64,000 nt of DNA, taken from assembly GCF_001194135.2 (NCBI RefSeq), contig NC_068993.1:5288177-5352176 (forward strand), read 5' to 3'. The position numbers were made by a program, and so were the translations under genes. Positions 63,280-64,000 of the stretch are shown here, one piece after another; position 1 is the first letter of the stretch; every line of letters begins with the position of its first letter. Under the pieces are notes generated by a model. That model worked only from the letters and a program-made list of their open reading frames with translations, was not told the origin of the DNA and searched no databases. This stretch comes from Octopus bimaculoides. Its lineage: Eukaryota.

Positions 63280-64000
63280 ATGTCTGTTAAGTTCATCTCC
63301 TTTTCCCTCATTTTCTGGGGCCTACAGTTGTTTGCTTCAGCATTACGTGAGTTAAATTTTCATGTTTTAGAAGAAACCGCCGAAGGCACATATGTTGGAA
63401 ATGTTGCCAAAGCTTTTACTCGCCCCACGCATGGTGACTACTTGTTCAAATTTCTAACGCAAGGGAACCAATACACAAACCTTTTCCATATTGGGACAAA
63501 CTCAGGTATTATAACTACTGCTGTACCGATTGATCGAGAACATATCTGTGATAATGATATTGGGGGTCACACCTGTATTGTAACTGTGAGTGTCGCCGTA
63601 CAGTCTTCATCCGATCCACGTTTTCTTGATATGATGAATATAAAAATAAATATCGATGACATAAATGATAATGCCCCATTATTTGATAAAGATGAAATTG
63701 CTCTTGAAATCAGTGAATCAACTCCTGCTAATACGAAATTCCCAATTGAGGACGCCTATGACTTAGATACAGGAATCGACAATTCCATTAAATACTATAT
63801 ACTTTTAAACGATCGAGATAAGTTTACATTACTTCAAGAGAATGGCTTTTTAGATGGCTTGCAGTTGAAACAGAAATTAGACCATGAAGAACAGGACTTT
63901 TACCAGTTAGTTATTGTAGCCAAAGATAATGGCACTCCTCAAAGAAGTGGTAATGTAGTTGTAAATATAACTGTACTTGACGCTAATGATAATGCCCCTA
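63280..64000 (+). CDS. Protocadherin (cephalopod-expanded type), 5' part: signal peptide + EC1 + EC2; runs off the window end
   Basis: Manual translation gives 240 uninterrupted codons: MSVKFISFSLIFWGLQLFASA|LRELNFHVLEETAEGTYVGNVAK...IDREHICDNDIGGHTC...IDDINDNAPLF...ISESTPANTKF...AYDLDTG...LDHEEQDFYQLVIVAKDNGTPQRSG...VLDANDNAP. Cadherin Ca-binding motifs are present (xEE, DRE, DxNDNxP, AxDxD, AxDxGxP) with no intron across EC1-EC2, as is typical of protocadherins. An alternative in-frame ATG lies at 63268 and an in-frame TGA at 63211-63213. Confidence 0.96.
   Translation, partial: MSVKFISFSLIFWGLQLFASALRELNFHVLEETAEGTYVGNVAKAFTRPTHGDYLFKFLTQGNQYTNLFHIGTNSGIITTAVPIDREHICDNDIGGHTCIVTVSVAVQSSSDPRFLDMMNIKINIDDINDNAPLFDKDEIALEISESTPANTKFPIEDAYDLDTGIDNSIKYYILLNDRDKFTLLQENGFLDGLQLKQKLDHEEQDFYQLVIVAKDNGTPQRSGNVVVNITVLDANDNAP

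Overview
AT-rich, microsatellite-dense eukaryotic genomic DNA with 17 N-gaps. It is most likely a coleoid cephalopod (Octopus sp.) short-read scaffold; this is inferred from the repeat landscape and the gene type. The only protein-coding gene I can support is the 5' end of a protocadherin (ATG 63280, or 63268, to the window end: signal peptide, EC1, EC2). The ORF track misses it because the frame has no stop inside the window. Every ORF in the track is a microsatellite, N-run or transposon artefact. The preceding ~63 kb holds tRNA-derived SINEs of several families, RTE-clade LINE remnants and RTE-like tails with (GAT)n ends, TTAA-flanked piggyBac-like MITEs (one nested set), a hAT-like MITE and a 45-bp minisatellite. 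The most interesting signals are: (1) several hammerhead-ribozyme-like motifs (34414-34494, 34734-34766, 36615-36651, 45127-45183) in or near short microsatellite-flanked repeats of Penelope/retrozyme type; (2) a 148-bp two-copy repeat made of a chain of conserved hairpins; (3) a minisatellite whose indels keep codon phase and carry periodic stop codons; (4) a protocadherin 5' leader with two candidate splice acceptors and two uORFs, one in frame with the CDS and separated from it by a single TGA. All RNA folding and alignments were done by eye and need computational confirmation.
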